Below are positions 48,477 to 58,955 of a stretch of 64,000 bases of DNA, piece by piece. Source of the stretch: a bacterium. Lineage in GTDB: Bacteria; Zhuqueibacterota; Zhuqueibacteria; Residuimicrobiales; Krinioviventaceae. Numbering within the stretch: the first letter of the stretch is position 1; the number at the start of each line of letters is the position of its first letter. A program made the translations under genes and the position numbers. Under the pieces are notes generated by a model. The model worked only from the letters and a program-made list of their open reading frames with translations, did no database searches and was not told the DNA's origin. The stretch covers positions 2,464,001 through 2,528,000 of the forward strand of contig OY843751.1 in the NCBI GenBank assembly GCA_963693055.1, written 5' to 3'.

Positions 48477-50534
48477 ATGAAATTAAAGTCATTTTTAGTA
48501 TTTGCACTAGCTTTTATGCTTTTTACCAGTGCAGCTCAGGCTGTTCAGGTAACTTTTCTTGCCAATACCGCTGCAGTTCCAGATACTATGCAGGAAACAT
48601 CAACAGTTCAAATGCGTGGTGATACCGCACCCTTGACCTGGGATGGTGCATCCGATGCAATTTTTGAAAACATTGGTGGTGATTACTGGCAAGTTACTCT
48701 CGACTTTGTAGCGGGAGACACAGTAAATTATAAATTCTACACCCATGCAAATGATACCGTTTATGCTGGTGTTGAATGGGAACATGCTGGTTGGGAAGCT
48801 GATGTTGCAACCGGTAATCGTCAATTGATCGTTGGTGATGCTGATACGACTTTGCCTCTTCAGTTTGTAAATGGATGGCAAGGTGGCGTTGAACAATATG
48901 AAGCTCCTTATACAACAAACGACTCTTCTTTTGTATTTTACGTACGCGTAAACATGCAGGGATGGGATGATTTTAATCCTGCTACTCATGTTGTTGGTCT
49001 TCGTGGTTCTAATACTGATGACTGGGGACAAACCGGTGAATTGTCCTGGGGACCCACTTATCCGTTGACTCAGGAAGGCAATCATCCTAATGGTGGCAGC
49101 CAACAGTACAATGGTACCAATTTTTACAGTGGTGCAGTTCATGTACCTAACAAATATGCCGGCAAAGGTGTACAATTCAAAGTTGTAGTTCATAATGCTG
49201 GTGCTGACCTGGGTGAAGACTGGGGTAACATGGTTTATAATCCCAGCCTCGAAATGAACATTCCGGTTACTGGTGCAGATACCACTATTCATTGGTTCTG
49301 GTATGATAATTTACGTCCGGTTTCAGTAGATCATCAGGATACTGTGATTGTTACTTTTAATGCAGACATGTCAGATGCTATCCTGAATAAAGGTTTCTCA
49401 CATGGTGATACCGTTCAGGTTCGTTCCGGTTACTATGGAACATCTGCTGAAACCCGTACAAAACAAATGTTCCGTCAGGGTTTTAGCAATGTTTATAGTG
49501 CAACAGATACAATTGTTACCACACTGGGTGAACGCTTGACTTATCAATACTATACAATTATTGATGGTGTTGAATATCGTGAAGTTTATTACAATTTCTA
49601 TTACGATGGCGATAATCTGGGTGAAGCTGAACGACGTGTTTATGAATCTCTTGAAGCAAATGAAGTAACTATTGCCGATGATCTTGCAAGTGCAAGTGAA
49701 GTACATCGTATGCCATTGTTCCGCAATGTTAGTGTTGTTCAGCAAGAAGTATTGCTGACATTAACTTGTGATATTCGTCCAGCCATTTACCAGGTATTGG
49801 CCGGTGATACACTTTTTGATATCCAGTCTACCCGTGAAGTAAACGTTGCAGACAGCATTCTTGCCTGGGGTGTTGCTGTTAACGGTCCATTAAGTGGTGG
49901 CTGGGGTACCTGGGGCATTAACCTCCAGGACGAAGAAGGTAGAAATGAAGCTGTAAGAAGAATGTTTGATGATGGTACCAATGGTGATGCTGTTGCCGGT
50001 GACAGCATCTTTACAATTCAATATACATTCTATCCTGACAGTGGTGATGTTGTTGGTCAGGAATTTAAATTCGGTATTGGCGGTGGAGACAATGAAGGTG
50101 GTTTTGGAAATAACCATATCGAAAATATTGATGATTCTAATCCTAATGCTACAATCAATGCTCAATTTGGTAGCATTGACCCCTTGTTCTACTCTGCATG
50201 GGATTTTGATAATCAAGGTCCGGCAACCGCAATTGAAGATTTGAATGTAACTCCATTGACTTTTGAATTGGCTCAAAACTATCCGAACCCTTTTAACCCC
50301 ACTACTCATATTCAGTATCAATTGCCAAAAGCAAGTGATGTAAAACTGACTGTATTTAATGTTTTGGGTAAAGAGATCGTAACTCTTGTTAACCAAAAAC
50401 AAAATGCAGGCACTTATCAGTTGACATGGGATGGAACAAATAATGCCGGTTTGCAGGTAAGCTCTGGTGTTTATTTCTACAAAATTGAAGCTGGTGATTT
50501 TACGAAAATTAATAAAATGATGTTCATTAAATAA
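48477..50534 (+). CDS. T9SS-sorted non-catalytic protein with ~4 tandem CBM20-like/Ig domains
   Basis: Signal peptide; recurring VTF..N/D-M...V.xRG...W...Y/F-K-F pattern; MFDDGTNGDAVAGDSIFT motif; NYPNPFNP CTD. Confidence 0.78.
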   Translation: MKLKSFLVFALAFMLFTSAAQAVQVTFLANTAAVPDTMQETSTVQMRGDTAPLTWDGASDAIFENIGGDYWQVTLDFVAGDTVNYKFYTHANDTVYAGVEWEHAGWEADVATGNRQLIVGDADTTLPLQFVNGWQGGVEQYEAPYTTNDSSFVFYVRVNMQGWDDFNPATHVVGLRGSNTDDWGQTGELSWGPTYPLTQEGNHPNGGSQQYNGTNFYSGAVHVPNKYAGKGVQFKVVVHNAGADLGEDWGNMVYNPSLEMNIPVTGADTTIHWFWYDNLRPVSVDHQDTVIVTFNADMSDAILNKGFSHGDTVQVRSGYYGTSAETRTKQMFRQGFSNVYSATDTIVTTLGERLTYQYYTIIDGVEYREVYYNFYYDGDNLGEAERRVYESLEANEVTIADDLASASEVHRMPLFRNVSVVQQEVLLTLTCDIRPAIYQVLAGDTLFDIQSTREVNVADSILAWGVAVNGPLSGGWGTWGINLQDEEGRNEAVRRMFDDGTNGDAVAGDSIFTIQYTFYPDSGDVVGQEFKFGIGGGDNEGGFGNNHIENIDDSNPNATINAQFGSIDPLFYSAWDFDNQGPATAIEDLNVTPLTFELAQNYPNPFNPTTHIQYQLPKASDVKLTVFNVLGKEIVTLVNQKQNAGTYQLTWDGTNNAGLQVSSGVYFYKIEAGDFTKINKMMFIK

Positions 50535-50540
50535 TTTTTT

Positions 50541-50573
50541 AAGGGACCGGTGTAATAACCGGCCCCTTTTTTT
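50541..50573 (+). terminator. Rho-independent terminator
   Basis: AAGGGACCGGT...ACCGGCCCCTT followed by a T-run. Confidence 0.8.
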
Positions 50574-50593
50574 ATCTTATGGGTTATTTTAAT

Positions 50594-53362
50594 ATGCGAA
50601 TCTTTTACTTTATTTTATTTTCTGTTACTTTATCATTTGGTCAGGCCCTTACTTGGGATCCTCTTTTTCCAACCGATAACGATACAATAACAATTACCTA
50701 TAACGCAAATGAAGGTAATAAAGCCCTTGAAGGCGTATCACCTATATGGGCACATACTGGTGTTATAACTGATAAAAGTCCTAATCCCAATTATTGGCTA
50801 TATACAATTGCCGAGTGGGAGACTAATTTGCCAAAAGCCCAAATGACCAATATTGGTACTGACTCTTGGCAAATTCGTTTTCATGTGCGTTCTTTTTATG
50901 GTGTACCCGCAGGTGAAACCATACAACAATTGGCTTTTGTATTTCGAAATGCCAGTGGCACCAAAGTTGGAAAAACAGCAGACAATCAGGACTTTTTTAT
51001 CCCCATATATCAGCAAGGTGTTAATATATCCCTTGTAAACCCCACTACAAATACATTTATCGCTGAAATGGGTGATGAAATACCCATCATCACAAAGACC
51101 ACATCTGCAATTAAGCAGGAATTGTTTTTAAATAATCAGTTATTAACCGAAACAACTGATGATAGCCTTTACTATCTTTTTACTCCTCAGGATTATGGAT
51201 TTTATCAATTCACTGCAATTGCTACAGACGCCCAAAACAATACCGAGCAAACTGAATTTACAATTGTTGTAAATACCCCGGTAAATATTGCAGACTTGCC
51301 AAGCGGAGTTCGTGATGGTATTAATCGTACCGGAAGTAATTCAGCTACATTGGTTTTGACCGCTCCTCTTAAAGAATTTGTTTATGTCATTGGTTCATTT
51401 AATAATTGGGAAATGAGTCAGGATTATTATATGAATAAAACCCCGGATGGTAATCGTTATTGGTTAGAGATTGACGGTCTGGATCCGGAGACAGAATACA
51501 CCTTTCAATACCTGGTTGATGGCAGCATTCGAATTGCAGATCCGTATTCCGATAAAATTTTGGATCCTACTCATGATAAAAACATCACGGATGATACCTA
51601 TCCTGACCTGACACCATATCCCATTGGTGAAACCACTGAAGCGATAACTGCTTTTAAAATCAATCAGGATGAATTTACTTTTACTGCATCAGATTATGAA
51701 AAACCACAGATAAAAAATCTTGTTATATACGAGTTATTAATCAGGGATTTTATTCAAGAACATGATTATAAAACGTTAACTGATTCTTTAGCATATTTCA
51801 AACGCCTGGGTATTAATGCAATTGAATTGATGCCTATAAATGAATTTGAAGGGAATGAGAGCTGGGGTTACAATCCGTCTTTTTATTTTGCTCCCGATAA
51901 ATATTATGGTCCTGCTAATGATTTGAAAACATTGATTGATGAAGCACATAAACTTGGAATTGCAATAATTCAGGATATTGTATTAAATCATGCATATGGT
52001 CAGTGTCCATGGGTAAGACTTTACGGTGATCAAATGGACCAAAATCCATGGTTTAATGAAAAATCCCCCAACACATCTTATGCGTGGGGATATGATTTTA
52101 ATCATGAGAGTGAATACACTAGAGCATTTGTAGATAGTGTTTTAAGCTACTGGATGACAGAGTTTAAAGTAGATGGCTTTCGTTTTGATTTTACCAAAGG
52201 TCTTACAAATACCCCTGGAGACGGTTGGGAGTATGATCCTGCCCGTATAACCATTTTAAAACGCATTGCTGATCATGTCTGGTCTGTTGATTCTACAGCA
52301 TATGTAATACTTGAACACTTTGCCGCAAATAGTGAAGAAAAGGAATTGTCAGCTTATGGTATGATGTTGTGGGGAAATATAAATACGCCTTTTACCCAAT
52401 CTGCAATGGGGTATACCAACGATTCAAATATTTCCGGAATTTCTGCATCATACAGAGGATGGACCGAACATCATTTGGTTGGTTATATGGAAAGTCATGA
52501 TGAAGAACGAATGATGTACAAGAACCTGCAATGGGGTAATTCTGCAGGAACCTATCACATTTACGATCTTCAAACTGCGCTTGAACGTGTTCAATTATCA
52601 GCTGCTTTCTTTTTAACTGTTCCCGGTCCCAAAATGATTTGGCAATTTGGAGAATTGGGTTATGATTATTCTATTGATTATAATAATCGTGTAGGCAACA
52701 AGCCCATTCGGTGGGATTACTACCAGGATGCTGACAGACGTCAACTCTATGATGTTTTTGCCGCTCTTGCACACTTTAGAAAATTAAAAGCATTTCAGGA
52801 AGGTTCGTTTAATTTTAATCTGAGTACTTTTTTAAGAACTGTTCGTATATCACATGATAGTATGAATACGGTCATTATTGGTAATTTTAATGTAACTGAA
52901 AGCTATATAATACCCAATTTTCAACATACAGGCTTGTGGTATGATTACCTTGATGGTAATCATATCGATATAAGTCAAACACAGCAGGCAATACTGCTGC
53001 GGCCCGGTGAATTTCATGTTTTTACCGATGTACAATTGGAAAAACCGTTTATAACTAAAATTGATGAAAATGAACTTGCACCCGTTACTTTCAAATTGTA
53101 CGACAACCATCCGAATCCATTTAACGCATCAACGCGAATCGATTTTGAATTGGAAAAATCAGATCATATCTGCCTTGATGTATTCAATATTACAGGACAA
53201 CATATTGTAACCCTTGTTGACAACCAACTTGAACAGGGAAGGCATTCATTTGTCTGGAATGGTAAAGACTCTAATGATAATATTATGAGTACAGGTGTAT
53301 ATCTTTATGTAATCGCTTCAAGTACCACTCGATACAGTAAAAAGATGCTGTTGTTAAAGTAA
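50594..53362 (+). CDS. T9SS-sorted GH13 alpha-amylase family enzyme with N-terminal CBM/CBM48 domains
   Basis: Signal peptide; IADPYS, IYELLIRDF, SWGYNP, DIVLNH, GFRFDF, LEHF, SHDEER; NHPNPFN CTD. Confidence 0.92.
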   Translation: MRIFYFILFSVTLSFGQALTWDPLFPTDNDTITITYNANEGNKALEGVSPIWAHTGVITDKSPNPNYWLYTIAEWETNLPKAQMTNIGTDSWQIRFHVRSFYGVPAGETIQQLAFVFRNASGTKVGKTADNQDFFIPIYQQGVNISLVNPTTNTFIAEMGDEIPIITKTTSAIKQELFLNNQLLTETTDDSLYYLFTPQDYGFYQFTAIATDAQNNTEQTEFTIVVNTPVNIADLPSGVRDGINRTGSNSATLVLTAPLKEFVYVIGSFNNWEMSQDYYMNKTPDGNRYWLEIDGLDPETEYTFQYLVDGSIRIADPYSDKILDPTHDKNITDDTYPDLTPYPIGETTEAITAFKINQDEFTFTASDYEKPQIKNLVIYELLIRDFIQEHDYKTLTDSLAYFKRLGINAIELMPINEFEGNESWGYNPSFYFAPDKYYGPANDLKTLIDEAHKLGIAIIQDIVLNHAYGQCPWVRLYGDQMDQNPWFNEKSPNTSYAWGYDFNHESEYTRAFVDSVLSYWMTEFKVDGFRFDFTKGLTNTPGDGWEYDPARITILKRIADHVWSVDSTAYVILEHFAANSEEKELSAYGMMLWGNINTPFTQSAMGYTNDSNISGISASYRGWTEHHLVGYMESHDEERMMYKNLQWGNSAGTYHIYDLQTALERVQLSAAFFLTVPGPKMIWQFGELGYDYSIDYNNRVGNKPIRWDYYQDADRRQLYDVFAALAHFRKLKAFQEGSFNFNLSTFLRTVRISHDSMNTVIIGNFNVTESYIIPNFQHTGLWYDYLDGNHIDISQTQQAILLRPGEFHVFTDVQLEKPFITKIDENELAPVTFKLYDNHPNPFNASTRIDFELEKSDHICLDVFNITGQHIVTLVDNQLEQGRHSFVWNGKDSNDNIMSTGVYLYVIASSTTRYSKKMLLLK

Positions 53363-53391
53363 AGTTTAACTTAACAAAACAGGAGATAAAC

Positions 53392-55203
53392 GTGACAGTA
53401 TTTGATTATTCCATTATTTTTGTATATCTCTCTTCAATTATCCTGGTTGGGCTTTTGGCCCAAAAACGTGCAAAGCAGGGTATAGATTCTTATTTCCTGG
53501 GTGACAGATCATTACCCTGGTGGGCTTTGGGTGCTTCGGGAATGGCATCAAATATGGATGTTAGTGGTACAATGCTGAATACAGCTTTTATTTTTGCACT
53601 GGGAGCTACCGGTTTTTTTATCGAGATTCGCGGTGGTGTTACTTTGTTAATGGCTTTTCTTATGATTTTTATGGGAAAATGGAACCGCCGTGCTCATGTT
53701 ATGACCCTTGCCGAGTGGATGCACCTACGTTTTGGTAAAGGTAAAGAGGGAGATATTGCACGTTTAATTGCTGCTATTTCTTCAATTATTATGACTATAG
53801 CAATGATTACCTATTTTGCAATAGGTGCGGGAAAATTTATTGGCGAATTTTTAGGTATACCTTCATTTCTCGGTCTTTCTCCTGAATTTTGGGCTGCAAC
53901 ACTCATGATCACTTTGGCTATGATTTATACGGTTCTAAGTGGATTATATGGTGTTGTTGCCACGGATGTTTTTCAGGGATTTATAATTTTTGGCACTATA
54001 ATTTATATTTGCTTTCTGGCAATTACCAAATATGCGCTTCCTGAGAGTTTTATCATCTCTGTACCTATGAAAGATGGCACCTTTATGGCTATGGAAACAA
54101 CGCGAAATGCATGGACCAGTATCATCCCCTCGTGGAGTCTTGACCTCCCGGAGGCCAGTGCCTATTCAATTTATAACCTCCTGGGAATAGCTATAATCTT
54201 TTATTTATTTAAAGTAACAATTGAAGGTAGCGGTGGTACTGGTAACTATATGCTACAGCGTTATATGGCAGCTAAAAGCGATCGTGATACCGGTTTGCTC
54301 TCACTTTTTTGGACTTTTTTACTTTCTTTCCGTTGGCCATTTATTGCAGCCATTGCAATGATGGGCGTTGCATTTAGCACCCAGGGTGGAACTGCACTAG
54401 ATCCTGAAAAGATTTTACCAACAGTTATTAATGAACTGGTTCCTGTTGGAATCAAAGGTTTGTTGATTGCCGGCCTTATGGCTGCAGCCATGTCTACTTT
54501 TGACTCTACTGTGAATGCCGGTGCGGCATATTGGGTCAAGGATATTTATCAGGCTTATCTCAATCCCAAAGCCAGTAAACAACAACTCATGCTGCACAGT
54601 CGCTGGTCATCTATTATTATTGTATTGTTTGGACTGATTTTTACAATCTTCATCAAGAATATTAATGAAATCTGGGGTTGGATTACTATGGGAATTGGTG
54701 CCGGTCTATTAATTCCCATGCTCATGCGCTGGTACTGGTGGCGGCTTAATGGTTATGGCTTTGCCTGGGGTACAATTGGTGGTATGGTTGCGGCATTTAT
54801 TCAAAAAGGATTTTTCCCTGATATACCTGAATATATTGCATTTACTGTTGCATCAGGGGCATCTTTGCTTGCACTCATAATTGGTACCTATTTAACACCT
54901 GCAACAGACAAAAAAGTTTTGATGGAATTCTACAAACGTACCCGTCCTTTTGGATTCTGGAAGCCTGTTACACAGGATATTCCTGAAAAGACAATGACGG
55001 CTATCAATTCAGAGAATACAAGAGATCGAATTGCTACATTTTTTGCCGTTCCCTGGCAGCTTGTATTGTTCCTGTTTATGATGATGATTGTTATGGGGCG
55101 TTTTGATAATTTGTTATGGTTATCCATTTTATTGGTTTTTCTATCAATCGGCTTATATCATTTCTGGTTTAAGCACTTGTCCACAGAAGTCAAGATGGAT
55201 TAA
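53392..55203 (+). CDS. Sodium:solute symporter (likely sugar)
   Basis: YFLGDRSLPWW, SGLYGVVATDVFQ, QRYMAAK, AAAMSTFDS; GTG start after AGGAG. Confidence 0.92.
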   Translation: MTVFDYSIIFVYLSSIILVGLLAQKRAKQGIDSYFLGDRSLPWWALGASGMASNMDVSGTMLNTAFIFALGATGFFIEIRGGVTLLMAFLMIFMGKWNRRAHVMTLAEWMHLRFGKGKEGDIARLIAAISSIIMTIAMITYFAIGAGKFIGEFLGIPSFLGLSPEFWAATLMITLAMIYTVLSGLYGVVATDVFQGFIIFGTIIYICFLAITKYALPESFIISVPMKDGTFMAMETTRNAWTSIIPSWSLDLPEASAYSIYNLLGIAIIFYLFKVTIEGSGGTGNYMLQRYMAAKSDRDTGLLSLFWTFLLSFRWPFIAAIAMMGVAFSTQGGTALDPEKILPTVINELVPVGIKGLLIAGLMAAAMSTFDSTVNAGAAYWVKDIYQAYLNPKASKQQLMLHSRWSSIIIVLFGLIFTIFIKNINEIWGWITMGIGAGLLIPMLMRWYWWRLNGYGFAWGTIGGMVAAFIQKGFFPDIPEYIAFTVASGASLLALIIGTYLTPATDKKVLMEFYKRTRPFGFWKPVTQDIPEKTMTAINSENTRDRIATFFAVPWQLVLFLFMMMIVMGRFDNLLWLSILLVFLSIGLYHFWFKHLSTEVKMD

Positions 55204-55221
55204 TAAAAAATATGAAAATTC

Positions 55222-55256
55222 AAGGTCCGGTTTTAATTTATACCGGACCTTTTTTT
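55222..55256 (+). terminator. Rho-independent terminator ending the glycan locus
   Basis: AAGGTCCGGT/ACCGGACCTT followed by a T-run. Confidence 0.85.
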
Positions 55257-55420
55257 GTTTTAAAATAAAAAAAAAGACTGGAAATCCTGTTTCTCTTTGT
55301 TTATATTAAAAAATCAGGAATTAAAATTCCTTGTTTTAACTGCTTTTAACAGTAAAATTCAGTTTACTGCATCCACAATATTTTACGTTAATGCAATTTT
55401 TATTTTTTTGGAGGAAAGGA

Positions 55421-57175
55421 ATGACCACATTACATCCATTAGACTGGGTTGTTATTGCCCTTTATTTTTCCATTATCCTTGGGCTTGCCTGGTGGGTTAT
55501 TAGACAAAAAAACGAAAACACAACAGATTATTTCCTTGCAGGACGTCATCTGGGTTGGTTTATTGTTGGTGCGTCAATTTTTGCATCTAATATTGGTTCT
55601 GAACACCTTGTTGGGCTGGCAGGCTCAGGTGCAACTGATGGTGTTGCTATGGCTCACTATGAATTACACGCCTGGTGTTTACTCGTTTTAGGCTGGATAA
55701 TGGTGCCTTTTTATATGCGTTCTCAGGTTTTTACCATGCCTGAATTTCTAGAGCGTCGTTTTTCACCTGCTGCACGAACTGTATTGTCCGTTATTTCTCT
55801 TGTAGCTTATGTTTTAACCAAAATTGCTGTTGGTATTTTTGCCGGTGGTATTGTGTTTAGCGTTTTAATGCCAGACATTAACTTTTTAGGTTTAAACAGC
55901 TTTTGGATTGGTTCTATCCTTGTAATCTTGTTTACCGGTGTTTATACTGTTTTGGGTGGTATGCGTGCTGTTGCTTATACCGAAGCTCTGCAAACTGTTG
56001 TTTTAATTTTTGGTTCTATTCTGGTAACTATCTTTGGTTTAAAAGCCCTCGGTGGTTGGGGAGAGCTAAGAGCAATTGCTGGTTCTGAAATGTTTAATCT
56101 CTGGAAACCTATGGTCCCTGCAGGTATTGAAAGTACCTGGGCACCGGTTAAAGAAGCCGGCCGTATGGCTTGGTACTTTAATGATAACTATCCCTGGTTG
56201 GGTATGTTGCTATGTGCTCCAATCATTGGTTTGTGGTACTGGACCACGGATCAGTATATAGTTCAACGTGCACTGGGCGCACCCAATGAAAAAGAAGCCC
56301 GTCGCGGTACCATTGCTGCATCTTTTCTGAAATTATTGCCCGTTTTTATATTTATCATTCCAGGTATGATTGCTTTTGCTTTGGCAAAATCAGGACAGGT
56401 TGCACCAATTGCCACTGAATTGTTTGATGCAAATGGAGAATTGATTCGAGATAATGCTCAAAAAGCTTTTCCATTATTGGTAGCTCATGTACTGCCTATA
56501 GGTGTTAGAGGTATTGTAGTTGCAGGATTACTGGCAGCATTGATGAGTTCCTTGGCCGGTGTGTTTAATGCTTCATCAACTTTGTTTACTATTGATTTTT
56601 ATTCCAGACTTCGTCCACAGGCAACTGAGAAGCAACTGGTTTGGACCGGTAGAATGGCTACTGTTGTTATGGTTGTAATAGGTTTATTGTGGATTCCCGT
56701 TATCCAGGGTGGAAGAGGATTGTATGATTATTTACAGGGAGTTCAAGCTTATCTGGCACCACCAATTTTTGTTGTTTTCTTTTTGGGTGTATTCTGGAAA
56801 CGTTTAAATGCAAAGGGATGCCTGGCTGCATTGATTACTGGTTTTTCATTGGGAATTATTCGTTTGGCTATTGATACACCTGTAAAATTAGGTGAAAATT
56901 TTGCGTATTCTCAGGGCTCATTTTTATGGGTTATAAATAATATTTTCTTTCAGTATTATAGTTTGTTGATTTTTATTGTTAGTATTGTTGTAATGATTGC
57001 GGTTAGTTATATGACAAAAGAACCGGATTATGCACAAATTAGTGGTTTAACTTTTGGTACAACAACAGATGAACATCGTAAAGAATCTCGTTCAAGCTGG
57101 ACATCACTGGATGTTGTATTCTCTGGATTACTTGTTGTGTTAATCCTGGTAGCATATATGTATTTTAAAGGTTAA
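55421..57175 (+). CDS. Sodium:sugar symporter (SGLT-like SSS)
   Basis: YFLAGR, ASNIGSEHLVGLAG, TMPEFLERRF, WYWTTDQYIVQR, AALMSSL. Confidence 0.93.
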   Translation: MTTLHPLDWVVIALYFSIILGLAWWVIRQKNENTTDYFLAGRHLGWFIVGASIFASNIGSEHLVGLAGSGATDGVAMAHYELHAWCLLVLGWIMVPFYMRSQVFTMPEFLERRFSPAARTVLSVISLVAYVLTKIAVGIFAGGIVFSVLMPDINFLGLNSFWIGSILVILFTGVYTVLGGMRAVAYTEALQTVVLIFGSILVTIFGLKALGGWGELRAIAGSEMFNLWKPMVPAGIESTWAPVKEAGRMAWYFNDNYPWLGMLLCAPIIGLWYWTTDQYIVQRALGAPNEKEARRGTIAASFLKLLPVFIFIIPGMIAFALAKSGQVAPIATELFDANGELIRDNAQKAFPLLVAHVLPIGVRGIVVAGLLAALMSSLAGVFNASSTLFTIDFYSRLRPQATEKQLVWTGRMATVVMVVIGLLWIPVIQGGRGLYDYLQGVQAYLAPPIFVVFFLGVFWKRLNAKGCLAALITGFSLGIIRLAIDTPVKLGENFAYSQGSFLWVINNIFFQYYSLLIFIVSIVVMIAVSYMTKEPDYAQISGLTFGTTTDEHRKESRSSWTSLDVVFSGLLVVLILVAYMYFKG

Positions 57176-57196
57176 TAAAGGATATTGAGGATAACT

Positions 57197-58882
57197 ATGA
57201 ATAAATATGCAATAGGGTTGGATTACGGTACAAATTCTTGTCGTTCTTTGATTGTTGATATCTCTAATGGTAAAGAACTGGCGAGCCATGTTTTTAACTA
57301 TCCCACCGGTGAAGCGGGAATTATTGTTGATCCCGCTGATCCTAACCTGGCACGTCAAAATCCTGCGGATTATATTGAAGGCATTGAGGTTTGTATTAAA
57401 AATGCTATCGATAAAGCTGCAAAAGTCGATTCTGATTTTTCTGCTGAAAAGATTGTCGGTATTGGTGTTGATACAACAGGAAGCAGCCCAATGCCTGTTG
57501 ACAGTGATGGACAACCGTTATGTTTCAAACCTGAATTTAAAGATAATCCCGCTGCTATGGTCTGGTTATGGAAAGATCATACCAGCTATAAAGAAGCACA
57601 AGCGATTACTGAACAAGCTGCTAAATCAAGACCGCAATACCTTGCAAAAATTGGTGGTGTTTACTCTTCAGAATGGTTCTGGAGCAAAGCCTGGAATTGT
57701 CTCAAAACATCTCCTGATGTTTTTAAAGCGGCTTTTGGTTTTGTTGAAGTGTGTGATTGGATTCCTGCTGTTTTAGTTGGGGATGTAACCCCCCAACATT
57801 TAAAACCAAGTGTTTGTGCAGCCGGTCACAAGGCAATGTATAGTCAGGAATGGGGAGGATTGCCAGATAAAGAATTTCTCAGTTCTCTTGCACCTGAATT
57901 AGGTGACATGCGTGAAAATCTTTATGATGTTGCGTATCCCTCAGAACAGCTTGCAGGAACTCTTTCTGCTGAATGGGCTGAAAAACTGGGTTTGCCGACA
58001 AACGTAGCCGTTGCCGTAGGTGCTTTTGATGCGCATATGGGTGCCGTAGGTGCTGGCGTAAGTGAAGGCACTCTGGTTAAAATTCTGGGTACAAGTACCT
58101 GTGATATAATGGTTTGGCCTAATGATGAAAAAATGGCTGATATTCCAGGTGTTTGTGGAATTGTTGACGGATCTGTTAAAGGCGGCTATTTTGGTATTGA
58201 AGCCGGCCAATCAGCTGTTGGTGATATTTTTCTTTGGTTTGTCAATAACCTTGTTCCTGAAAAATATGGCAAAACCATGGATGAAAAGTTTGAGAATCTT
58301 GAAAAAGCTGCCACAGCTATGAAACCTGGTGAATCCGGTTTAATGGCACTCGACTGGAACAATGGTAATCGTACCGTTCTGGTTGATGTACGGTTAACAG
58401 GGTTATTGTTGGGCCAAACATTGCATACTGAAGCGCATGAAGTTTATCGTGCATTGATTGAAGCTACCGCTTTTGGTGCATTGGCTATTATTGACCGTAT
58501 TGCTGAGAATGGTGTTGCCATTGAACAGGTTGTGAATTGTGGTGGTTTGGCCATCAAGAATTCGCTTTTAATGCAAATCTATGCCGATATTACCGGTCGT
58601 CCTATGAAGGTTTCACGCAGCGAACAAACTCCTGCACTGGGTGCTGCTATATTTGGTGCTGTTGCTGCTGGTATTTATGATAGTGTGGAATCAGCTCAAA
58701 AGGCAATGACTGGTGTTGATAAAGTATATGAACCCATCCCCGAAAATCAGGAAATCTATAAAAAGCTATATGCTTTATACAAACAACTTCATGATGAATT
58801 TGGAATACGAAATAATAATGGTAATCTTTACAATGTCATGAAAGATTTGTTGACTATAAGGGATGAGATAAGAAATAGCTAA
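57197..58882 (+). CDS. araB: Ribulokinase (FGGY family)
   Basis: IGLDYGTNSCR, GVDTTGS, WKDHT, GGVYSSEWFWSK, AAGHKA, AFDAH, EAGQSAVGD, LDWNNGNR, EATAFG. Confidence 0.9.
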   Translation: MNKYAIGLDYGTNSCRSLIVDISNGKELASHVFNYPTGEAGIIVDPADPNLARQNPADYIEGIEVCIKNAIDKAAKVDSDFSAEKIVGIGVDTTGSSPMPVDSDGQPLCFKPEFKDNPAAMVWLWKDHTSYKEAQAITEQAAKSRPQYLAKIGGVYSSEWFWSKAWNCLKTSPDVFKAAFGFVEVCDWIPAVLVGDVTPQHLKPSVCAAGHKAMYSQEWGGLPDKEFLSSLAPELGDMRENLYDVAYPSEQLAGTLSAEWAEKLGLPTNVAVAVGAFDAHMGAVGAGVSEGTLVKILGTSTCDIMVWPNDEKMADIPGVCGIVDGSVKGGYFGIEAGQSAVGDIFLWFVNNLVPEKYGKTMDEKFENLEKAATAMKPGESGLMALDWNNGNRTVLVDVRLTGLLLGQTLHTEAHEVYRALIEATAFGALAIIDRIAENGVAIEQVVNCGGLAIKNSLLMQIYADITGRPMKVSRSEQTPALGAAIFGAVAAGIYDSVESAQKAMTGVDKVYEPIPENQEIYKKLYALYKQLHDEFGIRNNNGNLYNVMKDLLTIRDEIRNS

Positions 58883-58887
58883 AATTC

Positions 58888-58919
58888 AAGCCCTGTCGAT
58901 TTTTCGACGGGGCTTTTTT
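58888..58919 (+). terminator. Rho-independent terminator
   Basis: AAGCCCTGTCGA/TCGACGGGGCTT followed by a T-run. Confidence 0.85.
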
Positions 58920-58955
58920 GTATGATCCAAATATTTTGAATGATGGGAGATATAT

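Noticed and set aside
48600-50402. Long antisense ORFs (230, 115 and 170 aa) and similar shadow ORFs across the window
   Set aside because: They lie opposite well-supported genes with biased codon use and show no recognisable motifs.
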